Shown in pieces: positions 55,228-64,000 of a stretch of 64,000 nucleotides of DNA. The position numbers and the translations under genes are program-made. The first letter of the stretch is position 1. The number at the start of each line of letters is the position of its first letter. The stretch spans positions 704,001 to 768,000 of the forward strand of contig OY782041.1 in assembly GCA_963677595.1 (NCBI GenBank), in the 5' to 3' direction. A model generated the notes under the pieces. It had not been told where the DNA came from, searched no databases, and was given only the letters and a program-made list of their open reading frames with translations. This DNA is from Spirochaetia bacterium. Lineage in GTDB: Bacteria; Spirochaetota; Spirochaetia; CAKZLE01.

Positions 55228-55260
55228 GTTTATACAGTAATTTAAGTATAAATATACACT
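55202..55260 (+). promoter_or_regulatory. argR promoter with tandem ARG boxes
   Basis: TTGCAT-17-TATGTT; AATGTATGTTTATACAGT (55221-55238) and TAAGTATAAATATACACT (55243-55260) fit the ARG-box pattern TGnAT-W4-ATnCA with mismatches. Confidence 0.7.
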
Positions 55261-55284
55261 ACTTCAAACATATAAGAGGATATT

Positions 55285-55755
55285 ATGCGGGAACGGCAGA
55301 ACCGATTAACCAAGATCAAGGAACTGATAAAGCTTCATCGAATAGACAGCCAGGACATGCTTCTGGAACTGCTTGTCAAGGAGGGCTACAGCGTCACCCA
55401 GGCGACCCTGTCCAGGGACCTGAAGATGCTGAAGGTAGGGAAGATCTCTGACGGATGGTCAGGATACTACTATGCGCTCCCGGACAATGACCTGATCAGT
55501 GAATCGGAGAAGAGCTATATCCAGGATGTACGGCGCGGGGTGCTCTCGATCGAGTTCAGCAATAATATCGGGGTCATCAAGACCCGGCAGGGCCATGCCG
55601 ACAGCGTCGCGCTCGCCCTGGACATCCTCTCCATCCCGGAGATTCTCGGCACCGTTGCCGGGGATGACACGATCTTCATCATCCTCCGCGAAGGGATGAC
55701 CAAGGAAGACCTCTTGGAGAGCTTCAAGGTCAGGATCCCCGAGATCGATGCATAA
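55285..55755 (+). CDS. argR: Arginine repressor
   Basis: VTQATLSRDL, GTVAGDDTIF. Confidence 0.95.
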   Translation: MRERQNRLTKIKELIKLHRIDSQDMLLELLVKEGYSVTQATLSRDLKMLKVGKISDGWSGYYYALPDNDLISESEKSYIQDVRRGVLSIEFSNNIGVIKTRQGHADSVALALDILSIPEILGTVAGDDTIFIILREGMTKEDLLESFKVRIPEIDA

Positions 55756-55836
55756 CCTGCACAGAACACTATAGATATAATCCCGGAAACTGACTATCCT
55801 GTAGATAGGAATACCACGTTATACAAGGAGCGTATT

Positions 55837-57408
55837 ATGGCGTTACACTATACGGATCTGGACAAGACACGGTCATTCGATGAACTGTGCACGTTGAAGC
55901 CGACAGCCCTGAAAGAGGTGCTGGACGGCAGGAGGGTCTCAGCATACTCGATCCCTGCGGGGGGATCCCTCAGCTTCAACTTTGCGGCAGCTCCGGTAGC
56001 CGATGAACACATCGCACTACTTCAGCAGCTTGCCGATGAGCAGCAGGTCATAGAGAAATACCACGACCTCGCCAGCGGCGAGATCATGAACACCGGGGAG
56101 TCGAGGAAGGTCCTCCATCACCTCACCCGGGGGAAGCTGGCTGCCGACGTCATAGAGGACGAGCAGGACCTTGAACGGTTCTATGCCGCCCAGCTCAAGC
56201 GGATCGACACCTTCGCCGGGCAGGTCCATTCAGGACTCATCACCGGTTCGACAGGGAAGCCCTTCGATACTGCCGTCCAGATCGGGATAGGCGGGTCAGA
56301 CCTGGGGCCACGGGCCCTCTACCTGGCTCTTACCGGGATCATGCGCAATCAGAAGATGACCGCAGAGTTCATCTCCAATGTCGACCCTGACGATGCAGCT
56401 GCCGTCCTGCGACGTATCGATCCTGAGACGACCCTCTTCATCCTCGTATCAAAGAGCGGCACCACACAGGAGACCCTGACGAACCGTGACCTGGTCCTGC
56501 AGACGGTCCAGGCCTCCGACATCAAGGGCTTCGATGCATCGAAGCATATGGTTGCCGTGACCAGCAACTCAAGTCCGCTCGCCTCCTCCTCGGACTACCT
56601 GGAGAGTTTCTTCATCGATGACTATATCGGGGGGAGGTACTCCTCCACCAGTGCGGTTGGAGGGCTGGTACTCTCGCTCGCGTTCGGGACTGATACCTTC
56701 CGGGAACTGCTCAGCGGCGCCCATGAGGCAGACAAGCTCGCACAGCATCCCGACATCACGGAGAACGCACCGTTGATGGATGCCATGATCGGCATCTACC
56801 AGCGGAATGTCCTCGATATGAGGACGACTGCGATCCTCCCCTATTCACAAGCCCTCTCGCGATTCCCAGCACACCTCCAGCAGCTCGATATGGAGAGTAA
56901 CGGGAAGCAGGTCAACCGGGACGGGCAGCCGATCGCCTACCGGACAGGCTACACCCTCTTCGGGGAACCGGGGACCAACGGGCAGCACTCCTTCTACCAG
57001 CACCTCCACCAGGGGACCGACGTGACCCCGCTGCAGTTCATCGGGTTCAATGAATCCCAGTACCAGGAAGACATCATCATCGAGGGGAGCACCAGCCAGG
57101 AGAAGCTGAACGCGAACCTGGCTGCACAGATCATCGCCTTCGCGAAGGGCCAGGACCATGAGAACCTCAACAAGCGGTTCCCCGGGGAGCGGTATTCAAC
57201 CCTCATCCATGGGACGCAGCTGACCCCCTGGACCCTCGGGGCGCTCCTTGCCCATTTCGAGAACAAGGTCATGTTCCAGGGCTTCATCTGGAATGTGAAC
57301 TCCTTCGACCAGGAGGGTGTACAGCTCGGGAAGATCCTGACCAAGAAGGTACTCTCGGGGAACATCGAGGATGATGCCCTCGCAGCCTATGTGAAGCTGC
57401 TGTCGTAG
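55837..57408 (+). CDS. pgi: Glucose-6-phosphate isomerase
   Basis: GIGGSDLGP, SKSGTTQET, GGRYS, QQLDMESNGK, GTNGQH, FDQEGVQLGK. Confidence 0.96.
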   Translation: MALHYTDLDKTRSFDELCTLKPTALKEVLDGRRVSAYSIPAGGSLSFNFAAAPVADEHIALLQQLADEQQVIEKYHDLASGEIMNTGESRKVLHHLTRGKLAADVIEDEQDLERFYAAQLKRIDTFAGQVHSGLITGSTGKPFDTAVQIGIGGSDLGPRALYLALTGIMRNQKMTAEFISNVDPDDAAAVLRRIDPETTLFILVSKSGTTQETLTNRDLVLQTVQASDIKGFDASKHMVAVTSNSSPLASSSDYLESFFIDDYIGGRYSSTSAVGGLVLSLAFGTDTFRELLSGAHEADKLAQHPDITENAPLMDAMIGIYQRNVLDMRTTAILPYSQALSRFPAHLQQLDMESNGKQVNRDGQPIAYRTGYTLFGEPGTNGQHSFYQHLHQGTDVTPLQFIGFNESQYQEDIIIEGSTSQEKLNANLAAQIIAFAKGQDHENLNKRFPGERYSTLIHGTQLTPWTLGALLAHFENKVMFQGFIWNVNSFDQEGVQLGKILTKKVLSGNIEDDALAAYVKLLS

Positions 57409-57434
57409 GCACTTTAGCCGCAGGGTTAACAACA

Positions 57435-57470
57435 CGAAGAGCTGTCAGGGATTGACAGCTCTTCGTTTTT
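57435..57470. terminator. Terminator between pgi and the convergent sugar operon
   Basis: CGAAGAGCTGTCA-ggat-TGACAGCTCTTCG plus TTTTT. Confidence 0.8.
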
Positions 57471-57493
57471 CGGGACAGATACCTGTGATCCTC

Positions 57494-58435
57494 TCAATCA
57501 AGCAGGGATGATGCGATACTGTGATCGGTGATCAGGGTCGTCAGGAGCCCGCCTCTCAGGGCTGCCTTCACCGCTTCCGCCTTAGCTTCCCCGCAGGCTA
57601 CCCCTACCCGTTCATCCACCTTTCGCAGGTCCTCGAAATCGATCCCCACGATCCGGCGGTTGGCTGACAGGTCCATGTACGCCCCGTCGCGATCATAGCT
57701 GTACCCGCAGATATGCCCCACTGCCCCATGAGTCTGCATCCCGTTAGACTCCTCGCGGGAGAGGAACCCGGCACGCACCAGCGAACTGGAGTCCGGGTCA
57801 TTCGACCCGATGCCCAGCAGGATGACGTCCAGGTCCTGGGTCCTGATGATCGTCTCCGCGATCCCCGGTTCCTGGAGCAGCATCTTCTTCATCTTCTCGC
57901 TCTTCACCATCACCGGGCACTGCAGGGGAAAATAATGGCCATGGAACCGAAGGGCCAGCTCCCGTGCCAGCTCCATCCCGTCATACTGCGGTTCCCGTGC
58001 GCCGAGCCCTCCCATCAGCTGGACCACGCTGACATCCTTGAGCTGCTGGAACGGTACCTGGTGGACCAGCTGGTAGAGGGTCGTCCCCCAGGAGATGCCG
58101 AGCTTCAGGCCGTCCCTGAGCAGGCTCGTCACGAACCCGGCAGCCTCCTTGCCGACCCGGTGGAGGAGGAACTGGTCCTGGTCCTTATCATAGGAGGGCA
58201 GCACTACCACATGACGCAGTCCGTACAGCTGCCTGATCGAGTCCCCGAGCGTCGTCGCATTCGAGGGGTCATCGACGATGTGGATCTGCACGATACCCTC
58301 TGCCTTACACTGTTTCAGGAGGTTCGATACCGTAGGCCGGGAGATACCGAACTCAGCGGCGATCTCCTGCTGCGAGCACTCGTCGATGTAATACCTTCTT
58401 GCTACGGATACCAGAAATTCCCTGCTTCTCTCCAC
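57494..58435 (-). CDS. SorC/DeoR-type sugar-binding transcriptional regulator
   Basis: YY...SQQEIA..FGISRPTVS HTH, GISWGTT, GAVGHICG, TLITD. Confidence 0.9.
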   Translation of the reverse strand: MERSREFLVSVARRYYIDECSQQEIAAEFGISRPTVSNLLKQCKAEGIVQIHIVDDPSNATTLGDSIRQLYGLRHVVVLPSYDKDQDQFLLHRVGKEAAGFVTSLLRDGLKLGISWGTTLYQLVHQVPFQQLKDVSVVQLMGGLGAREPQYDGMELARELALRFHGHYFPLQCPVMVKSEKMKKMLLQEPGIAETIIRTQDLDVILLGIGSNDPDSSSLVRAGFLSREESNGMQTHGAVGHICGYSYDRDGAYMDLSANRRIVGIDFEDLRKVDERVGVACGEAKAEAVKAALRGGLLTTLITDHSIASSLLD

Positions 58436-58474
58436 ACCATGACCCCTTTACGAAACTGCGTCCTATCCTTGTTA

Positions 58475-59356
58475 TTATTGCTTATAACCTGCCATGTGTT
58501 CAAACACTTTTACCACGGCAGAGGCATTCTCCTCCCCGAATCCCATGTTCTCCCCGACCTTGTTGAGCTCATGGACGACATTCGAGAGCAGTACGGGTAC
58601 CCCGATGGATTCGGAGTAGTTCCTGATGAGTTCCGTGTCCTTGACCATGGTCCTCAGGTGGAACGAGACTTCGAAATCACGGTTGATGATGGAATGGCCG
58701 ACCCCATCTACGACCGGGGACCTGAAATCTGATTCAAGCCAGAGTTTGACGAGCTCTTCCTGGTCCAGCCCGGCCTTGCCTGCCATGACCATCGACTCGC
58801 AGATCGCGGCTACGATCGTTGATACCAGGTGGTTCCCGCAGAGCTTCGCTGCGTAGCCTTTGCCGTTCTCTCCCATATAGTGCCAGGTCTCCCCGATGCA
58901 CTGGATGACCGGCAGCACCTGCTCATAGACAACCTTCTTGCCCCCTACCATGATCCAGAGGCCGCCGTTCTCAGACTCACCCTTAGTCCCATGGACCGGT
59001 GCATCCAGGAATTCCGCCCCCTTCTCAGCAAAGAGTCCTGCTGCCCATGCAGCCGTCTCCGGCAGCTGGGTACTCATATCCATGTATACCTGGCCTGCGA
59101 CAGCATGCGCGACGAGCCCGCCATCGCCGAGGAGCGCACTCTCGAGGGCTTGCTTGTTCCACATCATGATGATCACGACATCGGCCCCTTCAGCAGCCCC
59201 TGCAGGAGTTGCGGCATAGTCAGCCCCTGCATCGACCAAGCGCTGAGCATTCGCTTCTGTCCTGTTGTAGCAGCATACTTCATAGCCGGCATTGAGGAGC
59301 GTCAGCCCCATCCCGGTTCCCATAATACCTGTCCCGATCACTGCGATCTTCTTCAT
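58475..59356 (-). CDS. Beta-hydroxyacid dehydrogenase family NAD(P)-dependent oxidoreductase
   Basis: IGTGIMG, YNRT, DAPVHG, MVGG, KLCGN, KD. Confidence 0.85.
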   Translation of the reverse strand: MKKIAVIGTGIMGTGMGLTLLNAGYEVCCYNRTEANAQRLVDAGADYAATPAGAAEGADVVIIMMWNKQALESALLGDGGLVAHAVAGQVYMDMSTQLPETAAWAAGLFAEKGAEFLDAPVHGTKGESENGGLWIMVGGKKVVYEQVLPVIQCIGETWHYMGENGKGYAAKLCGNHLVSTIVAAICESMVMAGKAGLDQEELVKLWLESDFRSPVVDGVGHSIINRDFEVSFHLRTMVKDTELIRNYSESIGVPVLLSNVVHELNKVGENMGFGEENASAVVKVFEHMAGYKQ

Positions 59357-60912
59357 CTCTTCTCTCCTTCTTTCTGGTCATATGCTACCAGTTCCCTCGA
59401 ATCATCCTTAAGATGTTCATAGGTCATCTGGTACTGTCTTACATATTCACGATAGATCCCGGTCTTCTCCAGATCGGGTTTGACGGTCTTCGCGATCCGC
59501 ACCATCTGCGATGCAGCCTCCTTGATATCCCCATAGAACCCGGCTGCCACAGTCGCCGCGATCGCGCTGCCGAGCGAGACTGCCTGCTGCTCCTCGGGGA
59601 TGATGATCGGCTTCCCGGTCACATCCGCATGGATCTGCATCCAGAGGTCACTCTGGGTCGCGCCCCCACAGGTGATGATCTCGTCGATATGGACGCCGCC
59701 GGCTTCCATAGTATCGAGGATAATCTTGGTCCCGTAGACGACCCCCTCCATGATAGCCCTGAAGATATGGGCAGGGCCGTGCTTGAGGGTAAGCCCCCTG
59801 ATGACCCCCCTGCTGTTCGGGTCGACCCACGGGGTCCTGTTTCCCTGCCAGTGCTCGAGAACGACAAGCCCCTCCGATCCCGGGGGGATCTCGTCCGCTT
59901 TCTCATCAAGCAGCTGGTAGATCGATATACCCCGCTCCTTCGCCTCGTTCGTCATAGCCTCACTCAGGAAGTTGGTCACGAACCACTTGATGATCGACCC
60001 AGTCGAGATCTGTCCAGCCTCAACGACCTCCATGCCCGGTACGATGGCACCGGGGAAGGTCCCGAAGATCCCGGCTGCATGGAGCTCGGTCTCGGTCATG
60101 CCGATATGGAGCTGGGAGGAGCCGGTGATCAGGGCAAGCTTCCCGGGTTCCAGGGCATTGACGCCGATGACGCCCATATAGGCATCGGCCCCGCCGCCGG
60201 CGACGGGGATACCTGCCCGCAGGCCGGTCTTCCGGGCGACCTCGTCACTGATGCCCCCGATGACCTCGCCGATCTCGACGATCCGGGTAGGAAGCTTCTC
60301 GAAGATGTCTCCCAGCCCGATCTTCTCATAGAGGGAACGGGGGAACCCGCCCTCCCGGCTGTTATAGAACCAGCGGATAGACACCGTATTGATATTCGCC
60401 GTGATCTCCCCGGTCAGCCAGAATGCCATCCAGTCCGTATGTTCGAATATGGTGTGGGCCTGCTGGTAGATCTCAGGCTCGTTCCGCTTCACCCAGAGGT
60501 TCTTGCAGGGGAACCACTCCGGCGACACATGGGAGAACCCCACATACTTCAACGCAGGGTCACCGCAGTTGGCGATCTCCTCAGCCTCCCCGGCTGCCCT
60601 GATGTCCATCCACATGACGGCATCCCGCAGGGGTGCACCATCTGCATCGAGGTGGACCACTGTACAGCTCGTCCCGTCGATTCCCACCCCCTCGATCTGG
60701 TCGGGTGTGATCTCGCATCCGGAGAATGCCTTCGTGATGGATTCGAGCATGGAGGCATCCCACTGGATGACGCTCTGCTCGCCCCAGCCCGGATGCCTGT
60801 GTATGTTCGTGTTCTCGCTGATGCCGAAGCTGATGCACCGGCCTGTCTCATCGTAGATGCCGGTACGGATGCTCTCCGTGCCGGCATCGATCCCCAAAAC
60901 GTATCTTGCCAT
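59353..60912 (-). CDS. FGGY carbohydrate kinase (ribulokinase-like)
   Basis: GIDAGTESIR, WMDIRA, GNRTP, GGATQS. Confidence 0.88.
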   Translation of the reverse strand: MARYVLGIDAGTESIRTGIYDETGRCISFGISENTNIHRHPGWGEQSVIQWDASMLESITKAFSGCEITPDQIEGVGIDGTSCTVVHLDADGAPLRDAVMWMDIRAAGEAEEIANCGDPALKYVGFSHVSPEWFPCKNLWVKRNEPEIYQQAHTIFEHTDWMAFWLTGEITANINTVSIRWFYNSREGGFPRSLYEKIGLGDIFEKLPTRIVEIGEVIGGISDEVARKTGLRAGIPVAGGGADAYMGVIGVNALEPGKLALITGSSQLHIGMTETELHAAGIFGTFPGAIVPGMEVVEAGQISTGSIIKWFVTNFLSEAMTNEAKERGISIYQLLDEKADEIPPGSEGLVVLEHWQGNRTPWVDPNSRGVIRGLTLKHGPAHIFRAIMEGVVYGTKIILDTMEAGGVHIDEIITCGGATQSDLWMQIHADVTGKPIIIPEEQQAVSLGSAIAATVAAGFYGDIKEAASQMVRIAKTVKPDLEKTGIYREYVRQYQMTYEHLKDDSRELVAYDQKEGEKR

Positions 60913-60928
60913 AGTTAACAACCCCTTT

Positions 60929-61582
60929 TTAGTTGATTATGCGCTGCAGTCCCTCTATGTTCTCCTCGATATCGCCGGAGAAGATCCCGCTGCCGACGAT
61001 CGCGATCGTCGCCCCGGCATTCATGACATCTTTCAGTGTACCAGCATTCACGCCGCCGTCAACAGAGATATCGGTCTCGAGCCCATGCTGCCCGATGAAT
61101 CGAGCTAACTGTTCGATCTTCGAGAGTACCCGCCCCTGGAACTGCTGCCCCCCGATACCGGGGTTCACTGCCAAGATGTTCACGGCATCCACCATCTCAA
61201 GGAAGGGGATGATCTCCCCAGCCCCGGTCTCAGGCGTGAAGCACATGCTGACCTTCAGCCCATGGTCCCGTATGAGGCCGATCAGTTCCTGGTGCCCCTC
61301 ACAGGACTCGTACTGCAGGTTGATCATATCAGCACCGGAAGGCAGGAAGGTCTCAAGGATGGATCGCATATTGTAGACTGCCAGGTGCGCATCGAAGAAT
61401 GCCGTACTCTCCGGTCGGACATCACGGATCAGCTGGTCACCGAAGATGAGATGCCGTGTATAGTGACCGTCGCAGATATCGAAATGGAATCGCCTGATCC
61501 CGGACCGCTCGGCAGCTTTCAGGTCCCTCGCTATATGTGCATGATTCGCTGCCAGCACAGATGCACAGAGTTCTATCATCAC
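60929..61582 (-). CDS. Ribulose-phosphate 3-epimerase family protein
   Basis: HFDICDGH, DAHL, VNPGIGGQ, VDGGV; SD AAGGAG. Confidence 0.88.
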   Translation of the reverse strand: MMIELCASVLAANHAHIARDLKAAERSGIRRFHFDICDGHYTRHLIFGDQLIRDVRPESTAFFDAHLAVYNMRSILETFLPSGADMINLQYESCEGHQELIGLIRDHGLKVSMCFTPETGAGEIIPFLEMVDAVNILAVNPGIGGQQFQGRVLSKIEQLARFIGQHGLETDISVDGGVNAGTLKDVMNAGATIAIVGSGIFSGDIEENIEGLQRIIN

Positions 61583-61602
61583 ATAACTCCTTACTATTTG
61601 TA

Positions 61603-61661
61603 TATTATACTACCACTACTTTACATATGTAAATTGATATTTTGTGTTTTTACAAAATTTA
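61603..61661 (-). promoter_or_regulatory. Sugar-operon promoter with palindrome TTTACATATGTAAA
   Basis: rc TTTACA-18-TATAAT; perfect 14-bp palindrome at 61620-61633 over the -35. Confidence 0.6.
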
Positions 61662-61724
61662 GAAAAGAGTTATGCAGGTTCTTCATGTTGAGGCTGGAGC
61701 ATTGTTCAGTACAAGGGCATTCCG

Positions 61725-62741
61725 TTACAGCACAAGACCTATCTTCTTGGCAATAATACGAGAAAGTACTTCAAAATCTTTCCTAGAATCAGCAACGGCA
61801 TTCGCGTGACTACCTATTGCTCCATCGGCAGATGTCAGTTGAAATATCGGTTTGCGATGTTCCTGCCCCATAGGGATCAGACTCCGATAATGCTTGATCG
61901 TTGCTAGACATAGTGGGTCCTCTATCTGTTTCATTGATACTGGATCTCTTTCATTCAAGACGAATCTTCTGTAGACTTCTGGGATCCTATTCACCCATTT
62001 GTCATATGCCTTGACCGGGCGTTCAAGACGAACACCATGCTGTTGGCATACATACCCAATGGGAGACATTTTTCCTTCGGGTAATCGCAATCCCTGATAT
62101 ACATCTGATTCACTGCTCCCTGCCCAATTATCCAATCGCTTACGCCATAGGTTCTTCCAATTCCGCAGGGTCGGTCCTAGATTCTTCAACCCTTGAAGGG
62201 AGAAGAGATCAGCTCCCAGGGGAATCACGACAAAGTCAGTAGCGATAAGCACAGACCTATTGATAGCTCCTAGGTTAGGTCCGATATCTACTAAAATAAG
62301 ATCAGCTTCAACCTTTCCAGCTGCCATCTGCATAATCTGCCAGAACGCAGACAGGATCCTCAAGGGGCGGTACAGATTATTGTCACGCATACTGTTTGGC
62401 CATTCTGCTGAAAGTGATTCTTCAAATGCTGACAACTGAACATCTCCGGGTACGAGATACAGATCAGTTGAGATTCTTTGCAGGACTGGCTCAATAAGGT
62501 CGCCGACAGCTGTTAATGGCTGCAGGCAGGAATAGATCGTAGATCCTTCTTCAGAACGTTCCCAGAGCGTCTCAATCTTATCCTCTGATAGAAATGCGGC
62601 TGTCAGGTTGGCCTGGGGATCAAGATCAACTACAACCACCCGTTTTCGCAAACCTGCATACATCCAAGCAAGATGATAGATCAATGAGGTCTTCCCGACC
62701 CCTCCCTTATTATTAAAGAAAGTAAGGATAGGTGAATTCAT
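61725..62741 (-). CDS. Orphan ParA/AAA_31 family ATPase (low GC)
   Basis: Deviant Walker A NNKGGVGKT, DLDPQANLT, DIGPNLG; no parB nearby. Confidence 0.85.
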   Translation of the reverse strand: MNSPILTFFNNKGGVGKTSLIYHLAWMYAGLRKRVVVVDLDPQANLTAAFLSEDKIETLWERSEEGSTIYSCLQPLTAVGDLIEPVLQRISTDLYLVPGDVQLSAFEESLSAEWPNSMRDNNLYRPLRILSAFWQIMQMAAGKVEADLILVDIGPNLGAINRSVLIATDFVVIPLGADLFSLQGLKNLGPTLRNWKNLWRKRLDNWAGSSESDVYQGLRLPEGKMSPIGYVCQQHGVRLERPVKAYDKWVNRIPEVYRRFVLNERDPVSMKQIEDPLCLATIKHYRSLIPMGQEHRKPIFQLTSADGAIGSHANAVADSRKDFEVLSRIIAKKIGLVL

Positions 62742-63544
62742 AATCTACTCCATATCTCACATAGGACTCTAGTCTGGTTAACATGAAATACCAAGGGTGG
62801 GTTCCCATTTTTTGCTAACTCTCTTTCAGCTATGGCAATCCCCCGACCGAAAGCCTGAACGAAACCGAACGTCTTCAAGACATCCCCAATGTTAGGGTTC
62901 CTGTAATCTGTTATACCAGGTTCGCCGAAATTCTCAGGTGTCACATTACCATACGGCCCCCCCGGACTGGTGATCTCGATCCTGTCATTGAACCAATACA
63001 CCCGTATCGGTGTATTGGTTCCCTCATAAGTTCTATGAAGGACAGCATTATACAGGATCTGATGTACTGCAGGTAATGGATACAACTGATTTCTTGTATG
63101 GGTTGCTGCGGACGTAATGTCCATCCCCACCCTGTTATGGGCCCTCAGTTTTTCTTCTGTTCTACGCAGGATATCAACGAGAGTTCCACCAATCATCTCC
63201 TCATCTATAACTGCATCTGTCAGTTCCGTACCATCAATCCTGAGGAATTGAATATATGCACCTGGAAGAAAATCCTGCGGACTCTTCCCCAATGCCAGTA
63301 GACCCAACACTGTAGGAGTAGTGTCCGATGGTGATACTATCATCTTACAGGATGCCAGGCGCTCTTCGTATATCCTGCCATGTGCTTCAAGAACATCACT
63401 GGCAAAAGCTGCAGGAAGATACTCATTCTCGAATATCACTCTTGATAGATCCTTGATCGTTGCAGTTGGAATGGGGTACAAGTCGAATGGACGAAACTTG
63501 TACCGTTGTTTCTCTATCAACACAGAATCTGTTAGATTTGCCAT
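62738..63544 (-). CDS. HATPase_c_4 (RecG C-terminal-like) domain protein, apparently lacking the usual N-terminal AlbA_2/Schlafen domain
   Basis: NAVLHRTY, DRIEITSPGG, YRNPNI, GRGI; ATGA overlap with the ParA gene. Confidence 0.75.
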   Translation of the reverse strand: MANLTDSVLIEKQRYKFRPFDLYPIPTATIKDLSRVIFENEYLPAAFASDVLEAHGRIYEERLASCKMIVSPSDTTPTVLGLLALGKSPQDFLPGAYIQFLRIDGTELTDAVIDEEMIGGTLVDILRRTEEKLRAHNRVGMDITSAATHTRNQLYPLPAVHQILYNAVLHRTYEGTNTPIRVYWFNDRIEITSPGGPYGNVTPENFGEPGITDYRNPNIGDVLKTFGFVQAFGRGIAIAERELAKNGNPPLVFHVNQTRVLCEIWSRL

Positions 63545-63874
63545 ACATTACCCCATACCATTCATGATACATATTCCCGGAGGCATATGACTGTCATCGA
63601 CTGCAGCTCCGCCTGACTCGTCCCACGTATCAAGCTGCTCCTGCTTCAATTGACACCCCATCGTTCATCGACTTACTCTTTGACAGTACTTGAGGACCTA
63701 ACAGAAGTCAAATGCTCCCATTGATTTCGCCGGATTTATCATGATTTCATATGGTTAGGCCTGATTCAAACAATGATCATGTTATCCAGACTGTTCTTTA
63801 CATTTGATAATATCTAATATTTGTTTTTACAAAATTTATAGACAATCCCATAATCGGGGCTTATACTGGAATGC

Positions 63875-64000
63875 ATGAAAGATGAACGTATACAACGAGC
63901 ATATGAGTTGGGGTTCTCCCATGAGAAGGAGTTCCGGGGTTGTGCCCAGTGCACCGTCGCTGCTATTCAGGATGCCCTGGGCATCGTGAACGATGACGTG
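63875..64000 (+). CDS. C-GCAxxG-C-C family redox protein (5' part; runs off the window)
   Basis: Manual translation MKDERIQRAYELGFSHEKEFRGCAQCTVAAIQDALG; TAGACA-17-TATACT 7 nt upstream. Confidence 0.6.
   Translation, partial: MKDERIQRAYELGFSHEKEFRGCAQCTVAAIQDALGIVNDDV

Noticed and set aside
59413-60918. 501-aa ORF antisense to the FGGY kinase (also 57713-58732, 11135-12055, 27239-28117)
   Set aside because: Shadow frames of well-supported genes; no SD or domain signal.

Overview
Chromosomal window from a fairly GC-rich, fermentative anaerobic spirochaete (Spirochaetota, probably Sphaerochaeta-like, judged from the 16S/23S sequence and gene content). It holds a complete minus-strand rRNA operon (16S-tRNA-Ile-23S-5S) and a thrS-led operon with an intact T-box riboswitch (Thr specifier ACC). 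Metabolic loci include an Fe-ADH, a GntR/LarA/split-UxaA/GntP sugar-acid cluster, a rex-adhE-hfs-like H2-sensing/[FeFe]-hydrogenase supercluster and an rpe-FGGY kinase-dehydrogenase-SorC sugar operon. Housekeeping genes include ispH, yajC-secDF, a lone groEL, ptsP, a polar amino-acid ABC transporter, birA, argR and pgi. Accessory DNA comprises a low-GC islet after tRNA-Leu (ISL3 remnant plus dCache-GGDEF gene), an intact IS1634-family element flanked by a perfect 94-bp direct repeat that duplicates the birA/argR divergent promoter, and a low-GC HATPase_c_4 + orphan ParA pair bracketed by a repeated operator-like motif. The best leads are the rex-adhE-hfs regulatory unit with a variant Rex-like operator, the LarA-UxaA sugar-acid pathway, the promoter-duplicating IS, the ParA/HATPase module and the T-box. 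All calls come from reading the sequence; no database searches were run.
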